NCBI GenBank assembly: GCA_017464285.1
Contig: JAFUDT010000013.1
Span: forward strand, 138,962 to 202,961
DNA length: 64,000 nt
Reading direction: 5' to 3'
DNA from: Bacteroidales bacterium
GTDB taxonomy: Bacteria; Bacteroidota; Bacteroidia; Bacteroidales; UBA1402
The position numbers were made by a program, and so were the translations under genes. The notes beneath the pieces were generated by a model. The model searched no databases, was not told the DNA's origin, and saw only the letters and a program-made list of their open reading frames with translations. Below are positions 61,658 through 64,000 of the stretch, piece by piece (within the stretch, counting starts at the first letter, position 1; every line of letters starts with the position of its first letter).

Positions 61658-62544
61658 TGAAACTTGAATGCCTGATATCGACCTGTGGCAGCCGACTGGC
61701 TGATGTTCCCGCCCTGCTTCTGGCACCGGATCCCTCAATGGGATATCTGGTCTCGCACCAGGTCCGGTCCGATCAGAGGGATGAGTTGCCGCCGGCACAG
61801 CTCCTACGCGAAGATGTCCGTTATGCCGCCACCTCCACGACCGGCATAGCGGCCAACCGCAACCACTGTCTGGACCGGGCCTGTGCTGAACTCTCCTGGC
61901 TGCTCGACGACGATGTCAGGCTGCTGCCTGAGGCTCCGGCCCTGATTTGCCGGTTTTTCGAGCAGCATCCCGAGACAGATGTAGCCTGCTTCAGGATTGA
62001 AACCCCTCAGGGAGAGCCCTACCGTGCCTATCCAGTCTCGGCCTGCCGGCTGGCGACCATTGAGGATGTCCGTCAGGTCAGCTCCATAGAGATTGTCTTT
62101 CGCACGCAGCGTGTCATCGGCCGGGGCATTCGTTTTGACGAACGCTTCGGCCTGGGCAGGCCCTGGCCCTGTTCGGAGGAATTCCTGTTCCTGGTGGCCT
62201 GTCTCAGGGCTGGCCTGAGGATTGACTATTACCCTTTGACAACAGTGGTGCACCCCAAGGAAAGCACCACCAGGCGACGCAGTCAGGCAGAGCCGGCCAT
62301 GCTGGAGAAATCCGGAGCTGTGAATGCCGTGCTGTACGGCTGTCCGGGAGCCTATCTGCGCAATCTGCTCTCTGTGTTCAAAGCCGGTGACCTCAGGCGG
62401 GAGGTGCAACTGTCGGCCTGGGAGTTCCTGCGCTGCAAGAACCGGGGTACCCGTCAGGCATTGCGCGGAACGCCTCCGGCACCCGGCGCTGAACCGGCTT
62501 TCGAATCCCATCCGACGTCCGACGGAACGGTTGCGGGCGAATAA
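61654..62544 (+). CDS. GT-A fold glycosyltransferase (GT2-like)
   Basis: 296 aa. GIAANRNHCLDRA...LLDDDV (DXD). Weak family assignment. Confidence 0.68.
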   Translation: MMKLECLISTCGSRLADVPALLLAPDPSMGYLVSHQVRSDQRDELPPAQLLREDVRYAATSTTGIAANRNHCLDRACAELSWLLDDDVRLLPEAPALICRFFEQHPETDVACFRIETPQGEPYRAYPVSACRLATIEDVRQVSSIEIVFRTQRVIGRGIRFDERFGLGRPWPCSEEFLFLVACLRAGLRIDYYPLTTVVHPKESTTRRRSQAEPAMLEKSGAVNAVLYGCPGAYLRNLLSVFKAGDLRREVQLSAWEFLRCKNRGTRQALRGTPPAPGAEPAFESHPTSDGTVAGE

Positions 62545-62557
62545 AGCATCGATCCTT

Positions 62558-64000
62558 ATGACAGACTGGAAGAATGTACTGAAAAAACAGCTGGCCAAGG
62601 CCGGCTATCTGCTGCGAAGACGCAGCGTGGTGGAGCGTAACGAGCAGCTGGCCCGGGAAAGTCTGGCCCTGGCCCGTGAAAGCACGCCGGAAGGCATTGC
62701 CTCGGTAGTGTTCTCCTGCAACCGGGCCATGCAGCTGCAGGCCTTTCTGGAATCCTACCGCCGGCAAGTGGCGCATCCCGGCCGTCTGTATATCCTCTAT
62801 CGGGCTACGGACAGCGCGCATGGGCGCAGTTATCGGGAACTGGAACAGGAAATGGCTGCCGGTTCGCTCTCGGACCTGCTCGTCTGGGTCGAGGAAGATG
62901 ATTTCCGTTCCCAGCTGCTGGATATCATCGAGCACTGTGCCTGTCGCACGGTGGCCCTCTACGTCGATGACATGCTCTTTCTGCATCCTTTCGACTATGA
63001 AACGCTCAAAGGGGTGGATACCACACGCTTTATTCCTTCTCTGTGCCGTGGAAGAGACATGACCTACAGCGCGGTGCTGGGCAAGCCGATCGATCTGCCC
63101 GATTTGAGTCCTTCGCCTTATCCCTCCCTGCTGGCCTTCCGCTGGAACCAGTATACCGAACTCTCCGATTGGACCTATCCTCTGGGAGTGTCTGGCTATT
63201 GCTACGGAAGGGAGGAGCTGCTGGCGCTGTGCCGGCGGATAGACTTCCGCCATCCGAATTCCCTGGAAAGCGCCATGCAGGCCTACCGGGATGTGTTCGT
63301 CCTCAGGATGGGTCTGTGCTGCGAACAGGCTGTCTGCTGCTGTGTCCATGCCAACCGGGTGCAGACCGAAGTGGCCAACGCCCATTTGGGCTATTTCACG
63401 GCAGACGAGCTGCTGACCCGCTGGCAAAACGGCGAACGCATCGACCTCAGTCCCTTTGACGGTCTTTCCCGCAGTGAAGCCTGGTGCCGCCGATACAGCT
63501 TTGTCCCGCGTCGGCGCATGCCTGCCGAATGGGAACCGCAGTCTTTCGTGCAGCTCACCTGGCCTCATGAGGATACCGACTGGTGCGATATCCTGCCACA
63601 GGTGACCGAGTGTTTTGTGACCCTGGCCCGAACTATCTTGCGCTATGAGCCTCTCTTGGTCGTATGCCACGATGCCGCTCTGGTGCGACGGCTGATCGAT
63701 GCACCCTCCGATGCTCCCCTCAGACTGTGCGAACTGCCCACGGACGACACCTGGGCCCGCGATCATGGGGGCATCTGCCGCTGTGACGGACAAAAGACAG
63801 TCGTCTGTGATTTCGGCTACAATGCCTGGGGTGGCAAGTTCCCCTATGAAAAGGACAATCGCATTACCGCCAGGCTGCAGGAGGCCGGCTGTTTCGGCCA
63901 GCGTGAATATGCCGACTGTCTGGACTTCGTCCTTGAAGGTGGAAGTCTTGAATCGGACGGCCAGGGAACGCTGCTCACCACGTCAAGTTGTCTGCTCTCG
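62558..64000 (+). CDS. fusion ORF: N-terminal GT-A-like domain (aa 1-320) + agmatine deiminase/PAD_porph-family domain (from aa 321); 3' end outside the window
   Basis: I checked this frame line by line. It is open from ATG 62558 to 64000 (481 codons, no stop), so it is absent from the ORF track. From ATG 63518 it reads MPAEWEPQSFVQLTWPHEDTDW, DDTWARDHGG, FGYNAWGGKFPYEKDN and LEGGSLESDGQGTLLTTSSCLL, which are agmatine-deiminase family hallmarks. Upstream it reads IASVVFSCNRAMQLQAFLESY and ALYVDDM, which is GT-A/DXD-like. Confidence 0.8.
   Translation, partial: MTDWKNVLKKQLAKAGYLLRRRSVVERNEQLARESLALARESTPEGIASVVFSCNRAMQLQAFLESYRRQVAHPGRLYILYRATDSAHGRSYRELEQEMAAGSLSDLLVWVEEDDFRSQLLDIIEHCACRTVALYVDDMLFLHPFDYETLKGVDTTRFIPSLCRGRDMTYSAVLGKPIDLPDLSPSPYPSLLAFRWNQYTELSDWTYPLGVSGYCYGREELLALCRRIDFRHPNSLESAMQAYRDVFVLRMGLCCEQAVCCCVHANRVQTEVANAHLGYFTADELLTRWQNGERIDLSPFDGLSRSEAWCRRYSFVPRRRMPAEWEPQSFVQLTWPHEDTDWCDILPQVTECFVTLARTILRYEPLLVVCHDAALVRRLIDAPSDAPLRLCELPTDDTWARDHGGICRCDGQKTVVCDFGYNAWGGKFPYEKDNRITARLQEAGCFGQREYADCLDFVLEGGSLESDGQGTLLTTSSCLLS

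Noticed and set aside
62393-63793. 466-aa minus-strand ORF, the only long ORF the track reports for this region.
   Set aside because: The + strand frame from 62558 is open to the window end and carries clear agmatine-deiminase motifs. The track misses it only because no stop codon falls inside the window.

Overview
This is a chromosomal segment of Bacteroidales type. It has SusC/SusD loci, TTTG/TAnnTTTG-style promoters, a V-type ATPase operon carrying a DUF2764 gene, and many lipoprotein signal peptides ending in Cys. It looks GC-rich by eye, and this produces many long spurious antisense ORFs in the supplied track. I could not compute any statistics.

Gene order, left to right:
- Minus-strand housekeeping block: cdsA (partial), ftsH, rsfS, an ABC-2 exporter pair, dnaG.
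- Two consecutive fasciclin(FAS1)-SusC-SusD triads with no CAZyme or regulator.
- A seven-gene V-type ATPase operon whose K-ring carries the Na+-binding signature.
- mnmA.
- A tightly coupled minus-strand trio: rubredoxin (missing from the ORF track), topB, and a dsbD-like gene.
- A TolC-HlyD-2xABC-2 permease operon with a convergent AraC regulator.
- An acyl-CoA ligase, a polyprenyl-phosphate sugar transferase, tsaC, recJ and recQ.
- A small AT-rich decayed islet holding a higB stub, a frameshifted higA and a DNA methyltransferase fragment.
- An alpha/beta hydrolase.
- An aromatic amino-acid operon (aminotransferase, DAHP synthase/chorismate mutase, prephenate dehydrogenase).
- kdsB, a double-NBD ABC ATPase and an M16-like protein.
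- A Wzx-type glycan cluster.

The two items most worth follow-up:
- A 19-codon leader ORF, MNSFTFAYFYYGFYFSFDS, followed by an intrinsic terminator sits just upstream of the aromatic amino-acid operon. It is not in the ORF track.
- The glycan cluster ends in an ORF that is still open at the window edge. It joins a GT-A-like domain in frame to an agmatine-deiminase-family domain. It is also absent from the ORF track.

I recognised no rRNA, tRNA, CRISPR array, transposase or integrase.
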